Positions 47,612-56,455 of a stretch of DNA of 64,000 bases are shown here, one piece after another (within the stretch, counting starts at the first letter, position 1; each line of letters opens with the position of its first letter). Origin of the DNA: an uncultured Planctomycetaceae bacterium (GTDB lineage: Bacteria > Planctomycetota > Phycisphaerae > Sedimentisphaerales > UBA12454); assembly GCA_964449435.1 (NCBI GenBank), contig CAYUYR010000007.1:11504-75503 (forward strand), written 5' to 3'. The notes beneath the pieces were generated by a model. The model was not told the DNA's origin. It searched no databases and saw only the letters and a list, made by a program, of their open reading frames with translations. The position numbers and the translations under genes were made by a program.

Positions 47612-48600
47612 CGATGAAAAATAAAATTTCAGAACAGTTAACCGGCCCCAACCGCATAGGATTTTTAGTTTTAGCTGTTTGTGTATGTGTCTCGTTGGGG
47701 TATGCAGAGACTTTGCCGGAAGATACCGACCCGATGGACATTCTCGAAATGTCTTTACTGACGGACTTGGAAGACGTAAATATAGCGGATATCCGATTCG
47801 ACAAACGTTCATTACTTGGGGGGCAGAAAGAGCTTATCAGCAATATAGTCGCAAATTTATCCTCCGGTACTGATAAAGATGCGAAATCGTCGGATTTGGC
47901 AACGGCCGTCGGTTCTGTGTCCTCTCTGGCTCGTCAGTTATGGCAGGCCGGAGCCGGCCTTATCAGAAATGACGAATCCGCTAAAGACAGGGACGAGCTT
48001 CAGGACTTGATTGAGCAAATCAATTCTGTCGAATTCAAATCGCATCAGCAGCTCCCGCCGCCTATTATTGTTGTCGAGCAGGCTGAAAAGGACGAGACAA
48101 AAGAGTCTTTGCCCGCCCAAAACTTATTGCAAAGAACCAAATACGAGAAATCGGCAATCATACCGCAGAAATCGCTCGACAGTCAGCAGCGAGGCGAAGA
48201 GGACCCGACGAATAAACAAATAGCAAGAAAGACTATAGAATTATTCGAACAGGCTTCCCAGCAGCCCCAACAGATAAGAAGTCCTCTCGAACTGGCCGAG
48301 GTTTTATTCAGAGGCGGCCAACTAAAAGAAGCTGTAAAGTGCTATAGGGATGCTCTGGAACAGATGCCGGCAGATGCCAACAGCAGTTCCGAGGATAAAA
48401 CGTGGGTTTTATTTCAAATAGGCAATTGTTTGCAAAAAGACGACCCGCCTGCCGCACTGCAAATGTATCGACAATTGATTGCGGAATGTCCCGATTCATT
48501 ATGGACGGATTTAGCCAAAGCGAAAGTCAATTTAATCGATTGGTATATTAAAGATAAACCTGACGTGCTGCTCGAACAATATAAAACTCCGAGCCTTTAG
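47602..48600 (+). CDS. exported/anchored protein with C-terminal TPR, function unknown
   Basis: 332 aa. N-terminal hydrophobic IGFLVLAVCVCVSLGYA. C-terminal LAEVLFRGGQLKEAVKCYRDALEQMP...FQIGNCLQKDDPPAALQMYRQLIAECPDS. 10-nt overlap with the previous gene (alternative ATG 47614). Confidence 0.55.
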   Translation: MEIAMKNKISEQLTGPNRIGFLVLAVCVCVSLGYAETLPEDTDPMDILEMSLLTDLEDVNIADIRFDKRSLLGGQKELISNIVANLSSGTDKDAKSSDLATAVGSVSSLARQLWQAGAGLIRNDESAKDRDELQDLIEQINSVEFKSHQQLPPPIIVVEQAEKDETKESLPAQNLLQRTKYEKSAIIPQKSLDSQQRGEEDPTNKQIARKTIELFEQASQQPQQIRSPLELAEVLFRGGQLKEAVKCYRDALEQMPADANSSSEDKTWVLFQIGNCLQKDDPPAALQMYRQLIAECPDSLWTDLAKAKVNLIDWYIKDKPDVLLEQYKTPSL

Positions 48601-48623
48601 CTTTGGAAAGGATTGTATAAAGA

Positions 48624-50123
48624 GTGAACAAAAATGTAATAGACAATTTGGACGTGATTCATAAAAAAGAACAAATTTGCGACGGACCGCAAATCGGCAG
48701 TCCTTCTGCAAATGTACTGGTAATCGGAAATGAAAAGGAATCGACCCGATTTATACTCGAAATTTTGGCTCATAAAGGCGTCAGTGGAGCTGTTGTGGAT
48801 AACAAAAAAGGCATTGTCGATTTAATCGGCGAGAATAATTATGCCCTTATATTTAATATTACCCGAATAAATCAATTCGAGGACGATTTTCGGCTGATTC
48901 GCGAGATTAAAGTAAATTCGCCGGAGATGCCGGTGATTATGATATGCGATATCGAAAATCAGCAAAGTCAAAATCAGCAGCAATTGCTTGACGCGGCCGT
49001 AAAAGCCGTCAATCTCGGCTGCGGCGGTTTTCTGGTCAAGCCGCTCGACTGTAAAAAAATCGAAAGTTTACTGGATAGTTTGTTGCCGAACCACCGCGTT
49101 TCAACTGCCGGTTTCGACCACGACGGCAGTCAGTCTCTTTTCACGATAATAGGAAGAAGTGCAAAATTAACTCAAGCCGTTAACTTAGCCAAAAGAGTAG
49201 CTCCCACTTCTGCTCCGGTCTTAATCGGCGGCGAAAGCGGAACCGGCAAAGAGCTTATCTCGTATCTTGTTCATCGTTACAGCAGAAGGGCACAGGGGCC
49301 TTATGTAAGGGTTAATTGTGCCGCATTGACAGATTCGCTGCTCGAAAGCGAACTTTTCGGACACGAAAAGGGCGCTTTTACCGGCGCTTATGCCCAGCGC
49401 AAAGGACGGTTCGAGATGGCTCACGGCGGGACTTTGCTCCTCGATGAGATTACCGAAACTCCTCTGAAATTTCAGGCAAAACTGCTTAGAGTGCTCGAAC
49501 AGCAGGATTTCGAACGCGTCGGCGGAAATGAAACTGTTCGAGTCGATGTCCGAATAATAAGCACTACCAATAAAGACCTGCTGCCGGAAGTCGCCGAAGG
49601 CAGATTTCGTCAGGACCTTTACTATCGGCTGTGCGGCGTAAGGCTGGTCATTGCACCGCTGAGACAGCGATGCGAAGATTTGCCCGACCTTGTTTGGCAT
49701 TTTGTAAACCTTTACGCACGGCAGGCTCAGCGTCAAATAACAGAGCTCGACCCTGCGATGATGAATATTTTCGCGAAATATCATTGGCCCGGAAATATTC
49801 GGCAATTGCGGAATGTCGTACTGACATCGTTAATTCTCGGTACAGGCTCAAAATTGTCTTTAGCCGATGTTTCCTGGCTTTTCGATGAATTGCAGCCTCG
49901 CTCGCAGGAAAATACCCTGTCAGTCAGTAACGGCCAGACATCATTGTCCGAGATGTCAGGAATGCCCCTTGAACAGGTAGAACGGCAAGTGATTTTGGAT
50001 ACGCTGGACAATACGGGCGGCAATCAGACAAAAGCCGCGAAGATATTAGGCATCAGCGACCGAACCTTGCGGAGCAAGATTCGCCGTTATAGTCAGAAAG
50101 ATGAATTGCAGTTGGCAGTATAA
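48624..50123 (+). CDS. sigma54-dependent transcriptional activator 2 (receiver-like domain lacking the phospho-Asp)
   Basis: 499 aa. GGESGTGKELISYLVH, ESELFGHEKGAFTGA (canonical GAFTGA), TLLLDEITE, HTH GGNQTKAAKILGISDRTLRSKIRRY. The receiver-like N-terminus has VLVIGNEKE and ALIFNITR where DD and D are expected. GTG start. Confidence 0.85.
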   Translation: MNKNVIDNLDVIHKKEQICDGPQIGSPSANVLVIGNEKESTRFILEILAHKGVSGAVVDNKKGIVDLIGENNYALIFNITRINQFEDDFRLIREIKVNSPEMPVIMICDIENQQSQNQQQLLDAAVKAVNLGCGGFLVKPLDCKKIESLLDSLLPNHRVSTAGFDHDGSQSLFTIIGRSAKLTQAVNLAKRVAPTSAPVLIGGESGTGKELISYLVHRYSRRAQGPYVRVNCAALTDSLLESELFGHEKGAFTGAYAQRKGRFEMAHGGTLLLDEITETPLKFQAKLLRVLEQQDFERVGGNETVRVDVRIISTTNKDLLPEVAEGRFRQDLYYRLCGVRLVIAPLRQRCEDLPDLVWHFVNLYARQAQRQITELDPAMMNIFAKYHWPGNIRQLRNVVLTSLILGTGSKLSLADVSWLFDELQPRSQENTLSVSNGQTSLSEMSGMPLEQVERQVILDTLDNTGGNQTKAAKILGISDRTLRSKIRRYSQKDELQLAV

Positions 50124-50149
50124 CCTCTTTTTAAAGTTGAGGCATAAAA

Positions 50150-50737
50150 ATGGCAGATACAGATAAAAAAGCAGCGGTAAAACCCGAAAAAGAAGCATCG
50201 CCGCAGAAGGCAGGGGGTAAAATCGGTATCGTAACATGGGCGATAATGGCAGTTGTTGTGGTTCTGCTTGCGGGTTCAGGCTTTATGCTCGGCCGGTTAT
50301 TTGCTGGTACGGCCCCGTCTCAGACAGAGGAATCTGTGCAGGAAGAGGCGCAGCAAAGCGAACAAACAGAAAAAAAGACTGCGGGCGACGGTACACAAAA
50401 ACCAAGTGCCAGTACCTGGTATTATGACGAATTGGAATCCGTTGTGGTAAATCCAGATGAGCCGGGTGCGACCCGTTATGTACGGGTGGGTTTGACTTTG
50501 GAGATGAGTTCCAAATTAACCGGGATGAAAGCTTCGGAGATTATTTTAGCCCAAAAACCGCTACTGATAAACTGGCTTAATCTTTATTTTAAGAGTCTAA
50601 CGCTCGGCCAGATGCAGAATGATAAAGATATAAAACGCATACTATCGCAAATATGCGATGCTTTTAATGAGATTCTTTTCCCCGACGCCAAGCCGCAAAT
50701 CGAGAGAATTCTTATCAGGGAATTTAATATACAATGA
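50150..50737 (+). CDS. fliL: flagellar basal body-associated protein FliL
   Basis: 195 aa. N-terminal TM, then YYDELESVVVNPDEPGATRYVRVGLTLEMSS...ILFPDAKPQIERILIREFNIQ. Confidence 0.85.
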   Translation: MADTDKKAAVKPEKEASPQKAGGKIGIVTWAIMAVVVVLLAGSGFMLGRLFAGTAPSQTEESVQEEAQQSEQTEKKTAGDGTQKPSASTWYYDELESVVVNPDEPGATRYVRVGLTLEMSSKLTGMKASEIILAQKPLLINWLNLYFKSLTLGQMQNDKDIKRILSQICDAFNEILFPDAKPQIERILIREFNIQ

Positions 50738-51693
50738 GTGATATGGAAAATAACAGTTTAAGCAGTGAAAAAATACAGCAGCTTCTCGCCGCTGTCGGCG
50801 CCGCGCCTAAACAAGATGCCGACCAAAATATAGAAGCGGCCGAACACGATTGGCGTAAGTCTCATTATTTTACGCAGGAGCAGTTGAAAAAAGTCAATGA
50901 TTTTGCGCAAAAAGCGGCACAAAATATCGCTAAAAAATTTACCCGGCTTTATAATAGCGATTTCAGTGCGGAAATCGTTTCCAATACGCAACACTTTGCC
51001 TGGGAACTTACAGGTTCTGAGGGCAACAAAAGCGAATATTATCTTGGTTACGGCACTGAAAAGCAGGCATTCGGTCTGATTGGTATGCCGAGTCAAACGG
51101 CTGTTCTGTGGGCGACACAGTTGCTCGGCGACAGTAAAGCCGCTGAAAGTGCCGACAGAGATTTGTCGCCGCTCGAACAGTCTTTGCTGTTCGATATAGC
51201 ATCCGGTATTATTGAGGCCATTTCCGATTCTTTCGATAAAGATGATTTACGTCCGTCCGGCGAGATTGTCAAAGAACAAATGCCCGTCGAAATAAATCCG
51301 GTCGATGAGATTTGCAAAATTTCTTTCAGTGTCACAAAATCCGGTTCGGAGAAGCCTTCCGAGGCATATTTCCTTATACCCTGCGACAAGCTGCAGGCAA
51401 TCGCAGGACAAAAAGGACAGACCGGCGAAAATATCCCGGCTCAAAACGTCTCGAAAGCAATGATGAGCCATCTCCAGAATGTGCCGGTTCCCGTTACAGT
51501 CCGGCTTGGCGCGGCGTCGTTTAACTTCGAGGATGTAATGAGTCTGCAGACCGACGACATATTATTACTCGACAAGAAAATAAATGAACCGGTTGAACTG
51601 TTTGTTAACAGCAAAGCCGTACTTCGCGGTCGGCTTGCGAAATCCGATAATAAACAAGCCGTGATGATTACAGAACTATGCAATACTAAATAA
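50734..51693 (+). CDS. fliM: flagellar motor switch protein FliM
   Basis: 319 aa. C-terminal VPVTVRLGAASFNFEDVMSLQTDDILLLDKKINEPVELFVNSKAVLRGRL (SpoA-type domain). ATGA overlap with fliL. Confidence 0.9.
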   Translation: MSDMENNSLSSEKIQQLLAAVGAAPKQDADQNIEAAEHDWRKSHYFTQEQLKKVNDFAQKAAQNIAKKFTRLYNSDFSAEIVSNTQHFAWELTGSEGNKSEYYLGYGTEKQAFGLIGMPSQTAVLWATQLLGDSKAAESADRDLSPLEQSLLFDIASGIIEAISDSFDKDDLRPSGEIVKEQMPVEINPVDEICKISFSVTKSGSEKPSEAYFLIPCDKLQAIAGQKGQTGENIPAQNVSKAMMSHLQNVPVPVTVRLGAASFNFEDVMSLQTDDILLLDKKINEPVELFVNSKAVLRGRLAKSDNKQAVMITELCNTK

Positions 51694-51730
51694 AGTCTAA
51701 TTTAATTGACTGTTAAAAGGAAGTGAAAAA

Positions 51731-52126
51731 ATGGCAGAAACAGCACAAGCAGTAGAAGAAAAGACCGACCAGCAGCAGGATCAGCCTGTACAGGAAGATG
51801 CTAAAACGCAGGCGCAATCCGTAGAATTTCCGCAGGCGCAGCAGGGTAAAGCCTCTGGCGCCGGAACGAGCATCGATATTTTACTGGATATGGAAGTTCC
51901 TGTTGTGGTCGTTGTCGGAGAAGTCGAGATACCTATTCAGAAGTTTCTGCAGCTCGGCCCAGGTTCGGTATTGAAGCTCGAAAAATCAATTGATGCACCG
52001 GTGGATTTATATCTTAAAGACACGAAATTTGCCACCGGAAATGTAGTAGTTGTGGAAGACAAGTTTGCCGTCCGAATAAAGGAAGTTATCGGCGCCGTTT
52101 CGGCTGCGGCGGCAGGCAAGAAATAA
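51731..52126 (+). CDS. fliN: flagellar motor switch protein FliN
   Basis: 131 aa, IDILLDMEVPVVVVVGEVEIPIQKFLQLGPGSVLKLEKSIDAPVDLYLKDTKFATGNVVVVEDKFAVRI. Confidence 0.9.
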   Translation: MAETAQAVEEKTDQQQDQPVQEDAKTQAQSVEFPQAQQGKASGAGTSIDILLDMEVPVVVVVGEVEIPIQKFLQLGPGSVLKLEKSIDAPVDLYLKDTKFATGNVVVVEDKFAVRIKEVIGAVSAAAAGKK

Positions 52127-52158
52127 TCGGATAAACCCGCTTTGGAGAATAAATTGTA

Positions 52159-54291
52159 ATGGCAGCTTCCGGTAAAACAAGTGCATTAAAGGTCGGCCAT
52201 CTCGATACGCCGGCACATTCGCACAGTAATATTATTCTGGCGGCGGGTCTGGTAACAATTCTTGCCACCCTGCTAATCCGTATGCCTACGCCGATAATGG
52301 ATATGCTTCTTGCATGCAGTATATCACTGTCTATCGCTATTTTAATTATCACGATGTTTTCGAGAGAAGCCCTTGATTTATCGGCGTTTCCTTCGATGCT
52401 TCTGTTCGTAACTTTATTCCGTCTTTCGCTTAACGTTGCTTCGACGAGATTGATTTTGCTGCAGGCCAATGCCGGCAAAATTATCCAAACTTTCGGCGAG
52501 TTCGTCGCCGGCGGCAGCTTCGTTGTCGGTCTGGTAATTTTCCTGATACTTTTTATCATCCAATTTATAGTGGTTACAAAAGGCGCCGAGCGAATAAGCG
52601 AAGTTTCTGCGCGTTTCACACTCGATGCTATGCCCGGCAAACAAATGGCAATCGACGCCGACCTCAATGCCGGTGCTATTACCGAGGCGCAGGCCAATGA
52701 GCGGAGGGCGAAGATTGTCAAGGAAAGCGAATTTTACGGGGCGATGGACGGTGCGAGCAAATTCATTCGCGGCGATGCAATCGCAGGCATTATAATTACC
52801 GCCATTAATATCATCGGCGGAATCGCGATAGGTTATTCACACGGTATGACGGTCGGGGCAGCGGTAAAAACATACTCTATTCTTTCGGTGGGCGACGGTC
52901 TTGTAAGCCAGATACCCTCTATGATAATTTCCATCAGCGCAGGCTTTTTGGTAACGAAAATTTCCTCCAGCCGCAGCGTCGGGCAGGATTTGTCCAAGCA
53001 GCTTTTAAGGACGTCTCAGCCGCTGACGATAGCGTCCTTAATCATTGCGGCGATGGCGCTTGTGCCGGGATTGCCCGCGCTCCCGTTTTTAATCTTATCA
53101 GCAGGCGCTGCCGTTACGGGACGGATAGTGGCTAAATCTGAAAAGGCCGAAGAAAAGAAAAGCGAAACACTGTCGCAAAAAACCAAGCCGCAGAAACAGC
53201 CGGTCGAAGAAATGCTCGATATGGACAGAATTTCCGTACAGGTCGGCGTAAGACTAATTGGACTGGTTGACCCCCGTAAAGACAGCACTATTTTCGACCG
53301 TATTGGCGCTTTGCGCAGAAGATTTGCCCAGCAGCTCGGCATTGTTATACCGCTTGTTCGGCTCAGAGACAATATCAACATCGAATCTAACGCTTATGAA
53401 ATCAGACTTTTCGACCATACCGTAGCGCAGGGGCGGTTGGAGCCTAATATGTTTCTTGCTATGGAGTCCGGCGCCGTTCAGACCAAAATAACCGGCATAG
53501 AAACTACCGAACCTGTTTACGGTCTGCCTGCTTTGTGGATATCGCAAGACGATAAGGAAAGAGCCGAACTCAGCGGATATACCGTTATCGACCCTGAATC
53601 GGTCTTTATTACTCATCTTTCGGAAACGCTGAAAAAACACGCTGACGAATTATTGACCCGTGAGGATGTACAGCAGCTCGTTGACAGGCTTCGCAAAACT
53701 CAGCCTTCGCTGGTCGGCGAGGTTGTCGGAGAGCTTGTACCTATCGGAACGCTTCAGCGGGTATTGAAAAACCTGTTGTCCAGCGGGGTGCCGATTCGTG
53801 AATTGTCAGCCGTTCTTGAGGCGCTGGGAGAATACGCCTCGAAGACGAAAAACACCGATATTTTAACCGAAGTGGTTCGCAAACGTCTGGCAAGAACTAT
53901 TACCGACCAGTACAAAGACAAAAACGGTAAAGTTTCAGCCATAACATTCGAGCCGGCGCTGGAACATCAGATGGCCTCGAATTTGCGACAGGACTCCGAA
54001 TCGCTGAATCTTGCTATGCCGACCGAGACGACAATGGCTGTAAGTACTAATGTGGCAAAGGCCTGGAAATCGGCGATGGACAAGGGTATTGAAAAAACGG
54101 TCTTACTTTGCGATTCGAGACTGCGGCTGCCGCTGGCGGCGATACTTGCACGAACAGTTTCGGCGTTGCCGGTCATAGCTTATAACGAAATCGTACTCGG
54201 AACAGAAATAGAACCCGTCGAGACAATATCCCTGCAGCAGACTTCCGATGGAAATTCGCGAAAGCAGGAGCTTGTCGGAGCGTCGGCGTAA
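52159..54291 (+). CDS. flhA: flagellar export gate protein FlhA
   Basis: 710 aa. FPSMLLFVTLFRLSLNVASTRLIL, RFTLDAMPGKQMAIDADLNAG, FYGAMDGASKFIRGDAIAG. Confidence 0.95.
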   Translation: MAASGKTSALKVGHLDTPAHSHSNIILAAGLVTILATLLIRMPTPIMDMLLACSISLSIAILIITMFSREALDLSAFPSMLLFVTLFRLSLNVASTRLILLQANAGKIIQTFGEFVAGGSFVVGLVIFLILFIIQFIVVTKGAERISEVSARFTLDAMPGKQMAIDADLNAGAITEAQANERRAKIVKESEFYGAMDGASKFIRGDAIAGIIITAINIIGGIAIGYSHGMTVGAAVKTYSILSVGDGLVSQIPSMIISISAGFLVTKISSSRSVGQDLSKQLLRTSQPLTIASLIIAAMALVPGLPALPFLILSAGAAVTGRIVAKSEKAEEKKSETLSQKTKPQKQPVEEMLDMDRISVQVGVRLIGLVDPRKDSTIFDRIGALRRRFAQQLGIVIPLVRLRDNINIESNAYEIRLFDHTVAQGRLEPNMFLAMESGAVQTKITGIETTEPVYGLPALWISQDDKERAELSGYTVIDPESVFITHLSETLKKHADELLTREDVQQLVDRLRKTQPSLVGEVVGELVPIGTLQRVLKNLLSSGVPIRELSAVLEALGEYASKTKNTDILTEVVRKRLARTITDQYKDKNGKVSAITFEPALEHQMASNLRQDSESLNLAMPTETTMAVSTNVAKAWKSAMDKGIEKTVLLCDSRLRLPLAAILARTVSALPVIAYNEIVLGTEIEPVETISLQQTSDGNSRKQELVGASA

Positions 54292-54333
54292 TATGAAAGA
54301 CAAATATAACAGCACAAAAAGGATTGACTGATT

Positions 54334-54579
54334 ATGCCGTTAAATGACAGAGTAATTTCGATAAGCATTGCCGTGATGTGTTTCTTCGGCGTGGCGGTAG
54401 TCAGCAGTATTGGCGGTGTTTCATCGTTTGCCTGCTGCAAAAGGGCGCTGGCCGCGGCAGTCGTTATGTATGTCGTAACATTGCTGGTCGTGAAGATAAT
54501 TAATGCGATTTTGATAAGCGCAATGGTGAACAGTCAAATAAATAAGCAAAAGGAGTCTGCTGATGGCAGTGGAAACTAA
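54334..54579 (+). CDS. small two-TM membrane protein, unknown function
   Basis: 81 aa. Hydrophobic segments ISISIAVMCFFGVAVVSSIGG and AAAVVMYVVTLLVVKIINAILISAM. Occupies the slot between flhA and fliA. Coding status is supported only by position and length. Confidence 0.4.
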   Translation: MPLNDRVISISIAVMCFFGVAVVSSIGGVSSFACCKRALAAAVVMYVVTLLVVKIINAILISAMVNSQINKQKESADGSGN

Positions 54580-55366
54580 AAAGGTTCCTACGCAGCAGAT
54601 TGCCGAAGATAACAGCGGGCATCTGCAAGCCCGCGCCAAAAACGCCTATAACGGCCAGAAGGAAGAGACTGTCAGCGACGAGCTTATAACGCAGTTCATT
54701 CCTATGGTGCATAAAATAGTACAGCGGGCTGTAACTTATATAAAACCTCCGCTTTCTTACGATGATTTAGTCTCTGCCGGTGCCGTCGGCCTGATTAAAG
54801 CCGCCCGCGATTACAATCCCTCGCTTCAAGCCGAGTTCAAAACCTATGCTTATATAAGAATCAGGGGAGCTGTTCTCGATGAGCTTCGAAACTTCTCTTT
54901 GCTGCCTCCTAATGTGGAAAAGCAGATTCGCCAGGCCACTCAGATTAGTCTGGAAATCACAAATCAGACGGGCAAGGCGCCTACCGACGAAGAGCTGGCC
55001 GGAAAATTGCAGATAACCGTCGATAAACTTTATCAAATCTATGAAAACGCCCGAACCAAGCACTTTATTTCGATTGACAGTTCGTCGGAAAACTGCCCGT
55101 CTTTGGGAGCCTCTCTGGCGGCTGACGATACTTTCTCGCCCGACAAGCAGCTCGAACAAACCGAACTTATAGACAAATTAACCGAAGCTATCCGGCAATT
55201 GAACGAAAAACAGCGTCAGATTATCATTCTTTATTATCAAAGGGAGTTGACAATGAAGCAGATAGCCGAAGTTCTCGAAATTACCGAACCGCGTGTCAGC
55301 CAACTGCACGCGAGAGCTTTATTTAATCTATCTATAAAATTAAGGCAGTGGAAAGATGGCGGATGA
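54563..55366 (+). CDS. fliA: flagellar sigma factor FliA (sigma28)
   Basis: 267 aa. Region 2 DLVSAGAVGLIKAARDYNPSLQAEFKTYAYIRIRGAVLDELR. Region 4 EKQRQIIILYYQRELTMKQIAEVLEITEPRVSQLHARAL. Confidence 0.9.
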   Translation: MAVETKKVPTQQIAEDNSGHLQARAKNAYNGQKEETVSDELITQFIPMVHKIVQRAVTYIKPPLSYDDLVSAGAVGLIKAARDYNPSLQAEFKTYAYIRIRGAVLDELRNFSLLPPNVEKQIRQATQISLEITNQTGKAPTDEELAGKLQITVDKLYQIYENARTKHFISIDSSSENCPSLGASLAADDTFSPDKQLEQTELIDKLTEAIRQLNEKQRQIIILYYQRELTMKQIAEVLEITEPRVSQLHARALFNLSIKLRQWKDGG

Positions 55367-55577
55367 CAGTTACAATCTGATAAAACCGATTGATAACAAC
55401 CAAAGCATCATAGGCCTGACTCCGGCAAAAGAACGCGAAGAAAGAAAGAAACGGCAAAATATGAATAAGCGGCAAAATCACCATCAGGACGATACAAACG
55501 AGCCGGACAGTGAAAAAATCGGCGGCGGTACCGCCGGAAATGATGCGGATAAGCATTCTATTGATTATTGCGCGTAA
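55356..55577 (+). CDS. small highly charged protein, unknown function
   Basis: 73 aa. 11-nt overlap with the fliA stop. Lys/Arg/Glu/Asp/Asn-rich (KEREERKKRQNMNKRQNHHQDD). No recognisable motif. Confidence 0.35.
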   Translation: MADDSYNLIKPIDNNQSIIGLTPAKEREERKKRQNMNKRQNHHQDDTNEPDSEKIGGGTAGNDADKHSIDYCA

Positions 55578-55618
55578 CTCGAATACATTACTACATAACA
55601 AACAGAGAAAGCTGAAAA

Positions 55619-55867
55619 ATGGAAAAAACAGCAGGACGCATTCTAAGGGGCAGCGAAGTTAAACTGGAAGGAAGCTATTGTCTTGACGCCACAGGCCCGA
55701 GCGCCGCGGCAGCGGTAAAAGAAAGAAACGCAAATCCGCTGCCGGCTCAGGCGAATATCGTGGAAAATCATCCTGAATACGCTCTCATCGAAGTAATATG
55801 CGGCTGCGGCGCAAAAACTCTCGTAAAATGTGAATATGTAAATTCCCAATCTGCAGAGCAGGGATAA
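55619..55867 (+). CDS. small Cys-containing protein, unknown function
   Basis: 82 aa. C-terminal EYALIEVICGCGAKTLVKCEY. Co-oriented in the fliA-flgM block. Confidence 0.4.
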   Translation: MEKTAGRILRGSEVKLEGSYCLDATGPSAAAAVKERNANPLPAQANIVENHPEYALIEVICGCGAKTLVKCEYVNSQSAEQG

Positions 55868-55884
55868 GGTAACGGAGAAATAAA

Positions 55885-56433
55885 ATGAAAACCGATAAAA
55901 AAATCAGTTCTGTTCTGATTTTATCCGCAGCATTGCTCTTATTTGTATTTACAGGCTGTCAGGCTCAGCAGAAATCCGCGAAAACCGACCTTAAATCCGA
56001 TTCAGACAGCCGGCAGGATACTGCCGTCTCGAAAAGATTTCAGAGTAATGATTCGGGCAGCCAAACTGCCGTCGATGCCGCAATAAAGCTGGCGCAGGAG
56101 TATGCGGAGCTTTCTGAAAGAATGACCCAGTTGCAGAAAAAAAATCAGGAAATTGTCGTTGAGAATGCCCGGCTTAAGGACCATATAGCAGTTCTTGAAC
56201 CGAAATTGCAGCAGGCGACGAAAGAACTCGATGAGGCAAACGACCTCTTAATCCAGATGCGAATCGAGCTTAACAACTGGAAAACCGATATCCTCGGCTT
56301 TCGTGACGAGATTCGCCAGGCCGACAAGGCACAATTGCAAACTCTGCTTAAGATACTCGAAGTTCTTGGCGGAGAGATTAAACTCTCGTCGGAACAGTCG
56401 CTGGACGTAAATAGTGTGCCGGAATCCGAATAA
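55885..56433 (+). CDS. coiled-coil lipoprotein, unknown function
   Basis: 182 aa. Lipobox LLLFVFTG|C. Heptad-rich region LSERMTQLQKKNQEIVVENARLKDHIAVLEPKLQQATKELDEANDLL. Confidence 0.6.
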   Translation: MKTDKKISSVLILSAALLLFVFTGCQAQQKSAKTDLKSDSDSRQDTAVSKRFQSNDSGSQTAVDAAIKLAQEYAELSERMTQLQKKNQEIVVENARLKDHIAVLEPKLQQATKELDEANDLLIQMRIELNNWKTDILGFRDEIRQADKAQLQTLLKILEVLGGEIKLSSEQSLDVNSVPESE

Positions 56434-56455
56434 ATAAATGTATCAGGTGGCTTAA

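Noticed and set aside
50112-50118. TTGGCAG upstream of fliL, considered as a sigma54 -24 element.
   Set aside because: No TTGC -12 element at the required spacing, and it lies inside the end of the activator 2 coding sequence.
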